Part shown: positions 10,301 to 17,461 of the stretch, in pieces
How positions within the stretch are numbered: the first letter of the stretch is position 1
Layout: each line of letters opens with the position of its first letter
IMG/VR virus record: IMGVR_UViG_3300026187_000072
Location: 1 to 27,875 of that record
Reading direction: 5' to 3' (one strand)
DNA length: 27,875 nt
Origin: a virus
Taxonomy: Duplodnaviria > Caudoviricetes
Position numbers and translations under genes: made by a program
Notes under the pieces: model-generated
Databases searched by the model: none
What the model saw: the letters and a program-made list of their open reading frames with translations, nothing else
Told to the model about the DNA's origin: nothing

Positions 10301-12186
10301 ATGTGGCGTTAGGGGAAGCTTCTACTCGTTTAAGTAAACTAACCCGACCCCTTTTTGATTTATCGTTTAGAGCCATGCAGATACCGGATCAAGCTATGAT
10401 ATTCTTGGGTTATATGCGTAATCAAGATGCTTTCTTTACGAAGCAAGGAATCGAGAATGGTTTATCAGGAAGACAGTTACAAGAATTTGTCAAAGATGGT
10501 TTAGATAAAGCTGTTGTTAGAACAGACGACGGTCTTATCAGGGCTGCTCAATTAGAAGGACAGCAGGACATCGAACAGCTATCTAGGATGATTACATTTC
10601 AACAAGAATACGCTGATAAATATGTATCTCAGTTCGCTAAAGGATTCGCTGATTGGTCGAGAGGTGGCGGTAGAGGGGGTCCTGACTTTCTTTCAAGATT
10701 CGATGACCCATATATGAACCCATCTAAAATAGCAGCTAGGTGGTTATCTATGTTTATAAAGACACCAACAGCGGTTGCTCAATGGTCTGTAGATAAATTC
10801 CCTATCACTAGGGGTACTCATTTAGGATTAATGGCTTTAGGTGGTGTTACTAAAAACACAATAGGTACAAATACTCAGCGAGCTATTAGAAGTTTAGAAA
10901 AATCTATAAAAGATATAGATAATGCTTTAACTATTAAACTTATAACAAAAGATGCTAAGGATGATTTCTTTAGACAAAGAGCTGACTTAGTAAAAACAAA
11001 AGAAGATTTAATTCTAAAACAAGCTGAAATAAAATCAGAAGCTTTAACTGATTTCTTTCTTGGAACTACTTTATTAGTAGGAATTACACACTGGCTGGCT
11101 GCTGGTAGGATAACAGGCTCAGGTGCTCATTTAAGTAGGGAACAAAGGGATAGATTGATTAAAGGGGAAGCTGCGTGGAAACCTAACCATATATATGTTG
11201 AGTGGGATGGTGAGTTAAAGGCTATAGATTACAGCAGGTTAGAGCCACTATCTACAATCCTGTCGTCTTATGTTGATATGATTCATCATTTAGAATTTTC
11301 ACAAGAAGACCCTACGGACGATGATGTAAATATGTTTAATGTAATGTTAACCTCCTTGATTTATAATTTTAAAAACAAATACTTTTTGAGAGGTCTTAGT
11401 GATTTCATGGATTTATTTAATCCTAACACTCCAGAGGGTAAATGGGAATCCTTTGCAGCGAGTCAAGTGGGTACATTACTACCTAGACCTATTTCTGAAT
11501 TTAATAAAATAAATCAAGAATATGCAGAATATGCTATAGGTTTCCAAGAGAAGGTTAGGTTAAGATCAGGCAGGACAAACCAAAGATTTGAAAGAAATTT
11601 ATTTGGCGAGAAGGTTAGCCGTATATACGGTCAGAAAGGTTTGTGGGGTATGGTTAATCCTATTCATGTTACTGATGTAAAGGATGACTCTGTTATGGGT
11701 GAGATTACTAACTTCAGAGAACCTGTAGGTAAACAAGACTTTTATAGAAAAAGAGGTTTGCGAGGCGATATAGACCTTAGAAAGTTTAGGAATAAATCTA
11801 ATCAATATCCGTTATTTCAAGCCTACGCTGATTTAATAAGCAGTAAGAAGAAGGAAGTGGAAATTGGCGGTAAGGTCTACAATACTACACTTAGGGGTGC
11901 TATAAGGAAGTTAATAAGAACTAAAGAATATAGAGATGCTATAACTGCTGGGGAGGTATTAGAAGGTGAAGTTAGTAAGATTGATTTGATAAGTGGATAC
12001 ATAGATGAATACAGGTCTTACTTTTGGAATCAGATGAAAGAAGATCGGAGATATAATAACTATGTTGATGAAGACGGTGTATCTTGGAAGAACTTTGTAA
12101 GAATAGAAGGCGTGAAAGAAAGACGCAGAAAAAGAACTGAACGCACCAAGGGTATGGAAGAACTAATGTTACCCGCTCTTGACTAA
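7363..12186 (+). CDS. Internal virion (ejection) protein D, gp16-like
   Basis: 1607 aa; FIKTP, G-ITGSG, IDYSRLEP, RNLFGE motifs in the C-terminal half typical of this family; immediately upstream of tail fibre. Confidence 0.75.
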   Translation: MATEEEWLAGFDTEADQAGDVTTEVKPQEVPQDWVAGFGDEEEDEVVDFVDEEPVRGNESEPFWHPWVRQATATYLTRHKPAAEIIQRSAVRTAEDLYNVVNEGIPLGDGKAARWEEEWLGDPKNAVVDISADIGSWLTSFFSVGGLFTKTVTLPAQLPKIQKGLAVGKELFTSTKLGKKLFGVTKVASEGFLKGAVADYIRTDVDDLEAKEAVDKRLEELYIGAAMGAGVNLTVNGLGRVIAAGSRKIEALRQVRKASEGKADPEKALKDLKEAVEEENAIKQDLSEQIDPAKNDFDVELKPKVDEPELEDFDLEFKPKAEETLKPEVETPVIEKPKPKVDPADEVFQFIQGQRNYPLQVQALVQETIKLSQRLTPKVNSLVEDISKLDNAVLKESNVDVGKSFDEIKSKIITLEDELLRNRKLVDIRAKVGNFAGRLLAGFRKKEVVDLTKPFEYKPEVRKQLDNIDTLLNLINSVKTGTNYGQDIVKRLRTELSLLDEVAETGNLAAALDKQFNLTAESSLNTIWGNYKQRISKQVIKELRTKEPTNKAALELFSNRVTTTLNGALKGNKKVAKKVKTALADVQDIVKNPGKYRESIDQIISDITKAKDIPADEVNRSLRILEDLKEGVNSQRFIDSLPNRGKIVEKILREEVENIGNKIRAAVNSGTERQLVDDVMSDLSGKIKELSQSEKDILLNTIRVELANTVASVRDSILGNFKSKELYKQYSLKSQIRELDEMADKSIAEIKEYLKVNARKAQVDPEGIKQLKTEVRQSRKVLTDILKNEEIAAKNEFNKEFLKAFQAMGRHGTEGINNIELSLRALETYRMNTGLLMGFRTFLVGLPSGIINLTLQPLETALKTLLKTKNLQKINRLNREVKAHKLAIAEIAATKSYFSSFVDALRVAKNTLKYGDEGSFMPQIMRRHEEDLTSVLDSVKAKEKPYTINFKNKKELEKMVKAYGVDNPENATLFRRFLEDVALGEASTRLSKLTRPLFDLSFRAMQIPDQAMIFLGYMRNQDAFFTKQGIENGLSGRQLQEFVKDGLDKAVVRTDDGLIRAAQLEGQQDIEQLSRMITFQQEYADKYVSQFAKGFADWSRGGGRGGPDFLSRFDDPYMNPSKIAARWLSMFIKTPTAVAQWSVDKFPITRGTHLGLMALGGVTKNTIGTNTQRAIRSLEKSIKDIDNALTIKLITKDAKDDFFRQRADLVKTKEDLILKQAEIKSEALTDFFLGTTLLVGITHWLAAGRITGSGAHLSREQRDRLIKGEAAWKPNHIYVEWDGELKAIDYSRLEPLSTILSSYVDMIHHLEFSQEDPTDDDVNMFNVMLTSLIYNFKNKYFLRGLSDFMDLFNPNTPEGKWESFAASQVGTLLPRPISEFNKINQEYAEYAIGFQEKVRLRSGRTNQRFERNLFGEKVSRIYGQKGLWGMVNPIHVTDVKDDSVMGEITNFREPVGKQDFYRKRGLRGDIDLRKFRNKSNQYPLFQAYADLISSKKKEVEIGGKVYNTTLRGAIRKLIRTKEYRDAITAGEVLEGEVSKIDLISGYIDEYRSYFWNQMKEDRRYNNYVDEDGVSWKNFVRIEGVKERRRKRTERTKGMEELMLPALD

Positions 12187-12190
12187 GTGC

Positions 12191-12220
12191 TTGAACTCCT
12201 AACTCAATAGTTAATAATAT
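12191..12220 (+). promoter_or_regulatory. Putative sigma70-type promoter for tail fibre
   Basis: TTGAAC-N18-TAATAT in the 40-bp intergenic gap. Confidence 0.35.
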
Positions 12221-12226
12221 ATTATC

Positions 12227-14545
12227 ATGGCAAACACCTATGTAGACTATGTCGGATCAGACGGAACCGGAACTGATGGTAAAGAATTTGCGTTCTCATT
12301 TCCATACATTAAAACATCTCATGTAGTAGTTGAGATAAACCAAGGTCCAGCAGGTGGAACCAATAAGTGGGAACGAACCACAGCCTTTACTGTATCGACC
12401 TCACCTAGTACACGAGTAGTTCTTGATTCTACTCCTAATAGCTTGTGGAAGATTCGGGTGTTACGAGACAGCGACGCTAATACTAGTCTTGTAGACTTTG
12501 CTAATGGATCAGTGCTGACCGAGACCGAGTTGGATAACGCATACCTACACAACCGCTACCTCGCTGAAGAAGCAGAAGAAGGTGTGTCTGGTGGTACTAT
12601 CTCAAAGAATGATGACGGACAGTTTAACGCTGATGGATTACGATTGGAGAACTTAGCTGATCCGGACTCCGACGACGATGCTGTTACTAAAGGATATGCA
12701 GACGGTAGATATGTAGACGAAGCTGGGGACACGATGACAGGTAACCTAGATATGGGTTCCAATGAAGTCACTTCTTCTTCTGCTCCTTCGTCTAATAACT
12801 CTCTTACTAACAAGTCCTATGTAGACGGAGAGGTAGCCACTGAAGCTGCTGCTCGTATAACAGGAGACTCTCAGCAAGTAACTAGAACTGGTGATAGTAT
12901 GTCTGGTGATTTAACCATGACTAGCCCAGCTAAAGTCGTACAAGCTGCTGCTCCTACTACTGCTAATGATCTGACCAATAAGACTTATGTAGATGGTGTT
13001 GTTGCAGCTGAAGCAGCCAATCGTGCATCCGGTGACCAGACTCTGACCAACTCAAAGGTATCTAAGAGTGGGGACACAATGACGGGTGCTCTGACACTAC
13101 CAGGAGCCGATCCAAGCAGTGATAATCACGCTACTAGGAAACGCTATGTAGATCAACAGATTGCTGTTGCAGTATCTTCAGGCACTCCAGGTGGACCAAT
13201 TGACACAGCTAATATATCTGATGCTGCTATCACTACAGATAAAATAGCAGACGACGCTGTTACCGCTGCTAAGTTAGATCACACTGCTGTTACTCCTGGT
13301 TCTTATACTAACACTGATATTACAGTGGATGAGAACGGACGGATTACTGCTGCTTCTAGTGGGTCTAGTGGTGCTGGTGCTACGAATCTAGGGAATACAC
13401 CAACTGCTAATAATGTAGAAATCACTTCATCCACAGGTACAAATACTACGGTTGCTGGTGCTACTACTAGTTTAGCTGGCGTGATGACAGGTGCTGATAA
13501 GACGAAGCTAAACGGTATTGAGACTGGTGCTACCGCAGATCAAACTGCATCTGAAATACTAACAGCAGTTAAGACTGTTGACGGAACAGGTAGCGGATTG
13601 GATGCGGATTTGTTAGACGGACAACACGCTAGTGCTTTTGCTGCCGCTTCTCATACACACACAGCTGCTAACATTACAGACTTTGATACGGAAGTAGCTA
13701 ATAACTCAGCAGTTGCTGCTAATACAGCGAAGGTATCTAACGCTACACACACCGGCGATGTTACTGGTTCTACTGCTCTGACGATAACTAACAATGCTGT
13801 TACGAGTGCTAAGATAAGTGATACAGACGCTAACTTTAGTATCAATTCTAGCGGACAAGTGCGAATAGGTACAACCGCTACACCATCCAGTTTACTAACA
13901 GTAGACGGTACAGTTGAGATTTTAAAAGATAGACAGTCAGGAACACCAGAAGGTGGTCAGATAGTACTCCGTGCACAAGACGCTACTCAAGAACGGTTTG
14001 TTATAGATAACTATGGAGTAGGAGATAGCATCTATAGGATATACACTACGGATGACGCTGGAACTCAAGCAGGGGTTGACCGCTTTAATATTAAAGCTTC
14101 CAATGGTTATGTAGGTATCAGTCAAAACAACCCACAGTATATGCTAGATATACAGGGTGATGTAAACATTACTGGTGATTTCAGAAAGAATGGAAATGTA
14201 ATTGGAGGTCTCTCTAAGTACAGTAGCGGGTGGTTTAACGACAGTGGTACAGGTTTATCTAACGGAAGTACTTATTCTTTTACGCATAACTTGGGAACTA
14301 CAGATATACAAGTAGCTGTTTATGTTAATTCATCCGCTTCGGATACTAACGCACAACAAATTTACAGCGAGCTTTTTTTTAGTGGCGGTACTCAATTTAA
14401 CTCCGGTGCTTTGGTGACTTCTATATCCAGTAATTCAATTGAGCTACAATTAGGGCAAAATGGTTATAGTGATATGGATAGTTCAGGTGGACTTTCGACC
14501 ACTACTTTTGATTCTAAATACATCAAAGTCGTTGTAATAGGATGA
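12227..14545 (+). CDS. gp17: Tail fibre protein (T7 gp17-like N-terminal adaptor)
   Basis: F-FSFPYI---HV-V and DF--GSVLTE-ELD N-terminal motifs; GDTMTG-L/TNK-YVD shaft repeats; GSGLDADLLDG motif; distinct C-terminal domain. Confidence 0.9.
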   Translation: MANTYVDYVGSDGTGTDGKEFAFSFPYIKTSHVVVEINQGPAGGTNKWERTTAFTVSTSPSTRVVLDSTPNSLWKIRVLRDSDANTSLVDFANGSVLTETELDNAYLHNRYLAEEAEEGVSGGTISKNDDGQFNADGLRLENLADPDSDDDAVTKGYADGRYVDEAGDTMTGNLDMGSNEVTSSSAPSSNNSLTNKSYVDGEVATEAAARITGDSQQVTRTGDSMSGDLTMTSPAKVVQAAAPTTANDLTNKTYVDGVVAAEAANRASGDQTLTNSKVSKSGDTMTGALTLPGADPSSDNHATRKRYVDQQIAVAVSSGTPGGPIDTANISDAAITTDKIADDAVTAAKLDHTAVTPGSYTNTDITVDENGRITAASSGSSGAGATNLGNTPTANNVEITSSTGTNTTVAGATTSLAGVMTGADKTKLNGIETGATADQTASEILTAVKTVDGTGSGLDADLLDGQHASAFAAASHTHTAANITDFDTEVANNSAVAANTAKVSNATHTGDVTGSTALTITNNAVTSAKISDTDANFSINSSGQVRIGTTATPSSLLTVDGTVEILKDRQSGTPEGGQIVLRAQDATQERFVIDNYGVGDSIYRIYTTDDAGTQAGVDRFNIKASNGYVGISQNNPQYMLDIQGDVNITGDFRKNGNVIGGLSKYSSGWFNDSGTGLSNGSTYSFTHNLGTTDIQVAVYVNSSASDTNAQQIYSELFFSGGTQFNSGALVTSISSNSIELQLGQNGYSDMDSSGGLSTTTFDSKYIKVVVIG

Positions 14546-14793
14546 TTGATTCCCTCCCAAGTCTTCTTAACACCGCTCTAGCTATTGCCCTGGGAGTTAT
14601 CGGGTGGATTATCAAACGTGTTATCGAACGCTTAGACATTGGTGATAAACGGATGACTAAGATAGAGGTGGAGTTAGCTGCTCAACGGGAGCGTGACATT
14701 GCTGTTGAAAGTAGGATCGGTAAAGTAGAACAAGCTATCAACGAGATGCACGGTAAGTTAGACCGGATGATGGAAATATTAATGAGGAAATAG
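14542..14793 (+). CDS. Holin-like small membrane protein
   Basis: 83 aa; one N-terminal hydrophobic helix (LLNTALAIALGVIGWII) plus coiled coil; ATGA overlap with tail fibre stop; gp17.5 position. Confidence 0.5.
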   Translation: MIDSLPSLLNTALAIALGVIGWIIKRVIERLDIGDKRMTKIEVELAAQRERDIAVESRIGKVEQAINEMHGKLDRMMEILMRK

Positions 14794-14796
14794 ACA

Positions 14797-14928
14797 ATGG
14801 GAAATCAAATTGGATTGTACGATAGGATTAACAAACGTAAAAGCTTGGGCATCAGTAGAAGTAAAAGTAAATCTACTATATCTCCTAAAGCCTACGCTAA
14901 TATGAAGCGTGGGTTCCCGAAGAAGTAA
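14797..14928 (+). CDS. Small basic protein (43 aa), not in ORF track
   Basis: MGNQIGLYDRINKRKSLGISRSKSKSTISPKAYANMKRGFPKK*; starts 3 nt after upstream stop; GLY--I--KRK resembles small basic late proteins of marine phages. Confidence 0.7.
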   Translation: MGNQIGLYDRINKRKSLGISRSKSKSTISPKAYANMKRGFPKK

Positions 14929-14934
14929 GTAGTC

Positions 14935-15066
14935 ATGCCGTACAAATCTAAAAAACAACAACGGTTAGCAGCTATGGCTGAACCTAGAGGTCACATAACA
15001 AAAGCAGATCTGATGGCTGTTAAGCGTAAGAAGTTAGCTATTAAGAAAAGGAAACTGGAAGAATGA
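14935..15066 (+). CDS. Small basic protein (43 aa), not in ORF track
   Basis: MPYKSKKQQRLAAMAEPRGHITKADLMAVKRKKLAIKKRKLEE*; starts 6 nt after previous stop. Confidence 0.65.
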   Translation: MPYKSKKQQRLAAMAEPRGHITKADLMAVKRKKLAIKKRKLEE

Positions 15067-15133
15067 TCCTAATAGTCCTAATAGCCTCAGCCGAAAGAAA
15101 TGGAAGTGCAGAGGGGCTAAATCAGTAGCTTAA
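15050..15133 (+). pseudogene. Start-less 3' remnant of a small basic phage protein
   Basis: Reads GNWKNDPNSPNSLSRKKWKCRGAKSVA*; in-frame TAG at 15035-15037 and no ATG/GTG start after it; stop lies 1 nt before next ATG. Confidence 0.55.
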
Positions 15134-15134
15134 C

Positions 15135-15401
15135 ATGGCTAGACCGTACAGAAGACCTCGTGTTGTTAGACCGAGTCCATTAATCGCTCAATACAATACA
15201 CTTGGAGCGGTAGCTTCGGGAAGTGCGACGGAAGCGATAGCTACGGCAACAGCTGCTAAAGTAGTGACAGATTCCATTACAGCTGATCCAGACATCATCG
15301 GATTAAGTGGTGGTAATGCACCGTTGAGTGACCCACAGATCGATTCTTTAGGAGCAACTGCTAGTGATAACTTAGATGTTTACGAAGGAGGAGGAGCATA
15401 A
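15135..15401 (+). CDS. Hypothetical protein (88 aa), possibly virion-associated
   Basis: Arg-rich N-terminus and Ala/Asp/Gly-rich remainder; tightly packed with neighbours. Confidence 0.7.
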   Translation: MARPYRRPRVVRPSPLIAQYNTLGAVASGSATEAIATATAAKVVTDSITADPDIIGLSGGNAPLSDPQIDSLGATASDNLDVYEGGGA

Positions 15402-15404
15402 CAA

Positions 15405-15638
15405 ATGTCTACATTTAGTAAAAGAATACAACTTAGAAGGGATACCCCCAGCAATTGGGCAGCCGCCAACCCCGTACTTTTAGAAGGGGAAATAGGCCTT
15501 GAATTGGACAGTACCCGCAACAGGATGAAGATCGGAAACGGGACGGATGCTTGGAATGATTTACCGTACTTCTTAGATGCACACGAGGAGGATGTTGGTG
15601 ATTACCAAGATTTCCTTGACGGCTTAACTACACCCTAA
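15405..15638 (+). CDS. Stand-alone Mtd_N / hyaluronidase-N-terminal-like fibre attachment domain protein
   Basis: RIQLRRDT--NW---NPVL-EGEIGLE-D---MKIGNG---WN-LPY is the characteristic signature of this domain. Confidence 0.8.
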   Translation: MSTFSKRIQLRRDTPSNWAAANPVLLEGEIGLELDSTRNRMKIGNGTDAWNDLPYFLDAHEEDVGDYQDFLDGLTTP

Positions 15639-15655
15639 TATAAAACCGCCTCGAT

Positions 15656-16003
15656 ATGAGTAGCTTACTTACACAATTAGGACAAAAGGTTAAAGCCAAG
15701 CTTAGTGATAAGTTTGATAAGTCTGGAGGGTTGATAAGTGGCTCACTGTCTGTATCGCAATCTATACAATTCGGTTCGTATCTAGCGTCAGCTTTACCAG
15801 AAAACGGTACATCCGGTCGTGTTATCTATGTAACAGACGGTGACGGAAACGGTGGTCCTTGTCTGGCGATTGACGACGGAACGGATTGGAAGATCATTGA
15901 ACTTGGCGGGAATGTACCCACTGTTACACATATACTTGCAGAAGATGGAGATAGCTTAACAACAGAGATTGGTGATATTCTAATAACTGAACCTGTTGCT
16001 TGA
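15656..16003 (+). CDS. Putative virion fibre/decoration protein (115 aa)
   Basis: MSSLLTQLGQK N-terminus shared with next gene; G-VIYVTDG--G-P-LA--DG--W motif; LAEDGD-L-TE tail. Confidence 0.65.
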   Translation: MSSLLTQLGQKVKAKLSDKFDKSGGLISGSLSVSQSIQFGSYLASALPENGTSGRVIYVTDGDGNGGPCLAIDDGTDWKIIELGGNVPTVTHILAEDGDSLTTEIGDILITEPVA

Positions 16004-16028
16004 CACCTATTAGCTCTCCTAATAACTT
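16000..16028 (+). promoter_or_regulatory. Putative sigma70 promoter
   Basis: Perfect TTGACA (overlapping the TGA stop) -N17- TAACTT, upstream of the 352-aa gene. Confidence 0.55.
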
Positions 16029-16067
16029 TATTTCACACAACTAACCCACAACAAAGGATTATATATT

Positions 16068-17126
16068 ATGTCTAGTTTGCTTACCCAATTGGGTCAAAAA
16101 ACCAAAGTAGAGCTTGATAAGAAGCTTGCCCTCGCAGGAGGAACAATGACCGGAGCTTTGACGCTCTCAGGTGCTCCTACTGATTCCCTTCACGCTGCCA
16201 CTAAGGCTTATGTAGATTCAGTATCTTCTACTGTTTCTGGTCTTCAAACAGAACTTGACGCTACTCAAGCTGGTGCTGGTCTTGGTACTGACGGTGCTTA
16301 CAGTGCTAACGGTTCGACCAACTATCTCGGTTCTGTTGCCAGCCTTAAAGCTGCTGACGAAGCTCTTGATAGCCAACTTAAAACTGTTGCTGACGCTGTT
16401 GCTTCTAACGATACCGACATCTCCAGTCTTCAGTCCAGCGTTAGTTCCAACGACAGTGACATCAGCTCACTTCAATCTGACGTTTCAACTGCTCAGTCCG
16501 ACATCTCTACTCTTCAATCGAACGTAAGCTCGAATGATAGTGACATCGCTACTTTGCAATCCAATGTGTCGTCTAATGACAGTGATATTTCTTCACTTCA
16601 ATCTGATGTTAGCACTTTGCAAAGTAATGTCTCTTCGAATGATTCGGACATCTCCACCCTTCAAAGCAATGTATCCAGCAACGACAGCGACATCTCTGCT
16701 CTGCAAACTCAAGCTGGTTCCCTTGCTGCCGACGGTAACTCCGCTTCCTTCTCCGGTAACATCAGTGCTGCCAACGCTACATTCAGCGGTAACTTGACTG
16801 TTAATGGTACTACGACTTCCGTAAACACCACTAACATCGATGTAACTGACAGCATCATGAACCTTTCTAAAGGTGCTGCTTCCGGTACTAACGCTTCGAA
16901 TGACGGTGGTTTCATCGTTGAGCGTGGTTCTTCCGAAAGCAATGTTGCTCTGGTGTGGGATGAAGGCGAAGATAAATTTGCCGTCTACACAACTTCAGCA
17001 ACTGCTGCTGCTACCGATATTTCGTCAACAGACGGATCGGCTGCTCTTGCAGACTTCGATGCTAACTTGTATCACAACGGAGTTGAACTTGGAACAGTTT
17101 CCGAGTTCGAAGCTGCTTTAAGCTAA
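16068..17126 (+). CDS. Coiled-coil fibre/decoration protein (352 aa)
   Basis: GGTMTGALTL/ATKAYVD fibre motif; long SSNDSDI-LQSNV heptad repeats; GNLTVNGTTT-VN and G---ERG----A--WDE--DKF motifs of marine phage fibres. Confidence 0.75.
   Translation: MSSLLTQLGQKTKVELDKKLALAGGTMTGALTLSGAPTDSLHAATKAYVDSVSSTVSGLQTELDATQAGAGLGTDGAYSANGSTNYLGSVASLKAADEALDSQLKTVADAVASNDTDISSLQSSVSSNDSDISSLQSDVSTAQSDISTLQSNVSSNDSDIATLQSNVSSNDSDISSLQSDVSTLQSNVSSNDSDISTLQSNVSSNDSDISALQTQAGSLAADGNSASFSGNISAANATFSGNLTVNGTTTSVNTTNIDVTDSIMNLSKGAASGTNASNDGGFIVERGSSESNVALVWDEGEDKFAVYTTSATAAATDISSTDGSAALADFDANLYHNGVELGTVSEFEAALS
16398..16712 (+). repeat. Coding tandem repeat, 7/14-aa units (SSNDSDI / S-LQSNV)
   Basis: Six SND(S/T)DI copies interleaved with xxLQS(N/D/S)V heptads. 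Confidence 0.9.
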
Positions 17127-17151
17127 GAGTTTAGTTACTCATCCATCATTA

Positions 17152-17189
17152 AGGGTCGCCACTGCGTAGCGGGGGCGGCTCTTTTTGTT
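17152..17189 (+). terminator. Rho-independent terminator
   Basis: AGGGTCGCC...GGCGGCTCT GC-rich stem followed by TTTTGTT. Confidence 0.85.
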
Positions 17190-17224
17190 GGTATTAATAA
17201 CAAACCTACTGTAATATATATTTT

Positions 17225-17461
17225 ATGTTATCACACCAAGAGGCATCGAAGCTGCACGATAAGGTAGCTCAAGCATATAGACATAGCATCGAGTTAATGG
17301 AAGCCGAAGGCGAATTTAACGCGGCACTGCTCAATGGGGCAAGACAACTCCTTAAAGATAATAATATAGTAATGGATAGCGGAGTAGGTTCACCGTTAGA
17401 GGCTTTGAATAACACAGTGATTAATGTACCCTTTGGGGAAGACGATGCAGCTGAAGCTTAA
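17225..17461 (+). CDS. terS: Terminase small subunit (T7 gp18-like)
   Basis: LH--VA, AA-LN-ARQ-LKDN-I and SPL--L---VPF motifs; upstream of TerL. Confidence 0.85.
   Translation: MLSHQEASKLHDKVAQAYRHSIELMEAEGEFNAALLNGARQLLKDNNIVMDSGVGSPLEALNNTVINVPFGEDDAAEA

Noticed and set aside
739-14125. Many 60-150 aa minus-strand ORFs within structural genes (e.g. 1966-2421, 7959-8363)
   Set aside because: Antisense shadows of long, motif-supported + strand genes, with no recognisable motifs; the genome is unidirectional
14779-14961. 60-aa minus-strand ORF
   Set aside because: The region is better explained by tightly packed small + strand ORFs
16398-16712. Periodic DNA considered as a CRISPR array or DGR template
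   Set aside because: Repeats are in-frame coding heptads with synonymous variation; no spacers, no reverse transcriptase and no TR/VR pair, despite the nearby Mtd_N domain
16255-17121. Leu/Thr-rich alternative-frame ORFs inside the 352-aa gene, considered as nested spanin or holin
   Set aside because: Frame-shift shadows of Ser/Asp/Ala codons; no convincing lipobox or signal peptide
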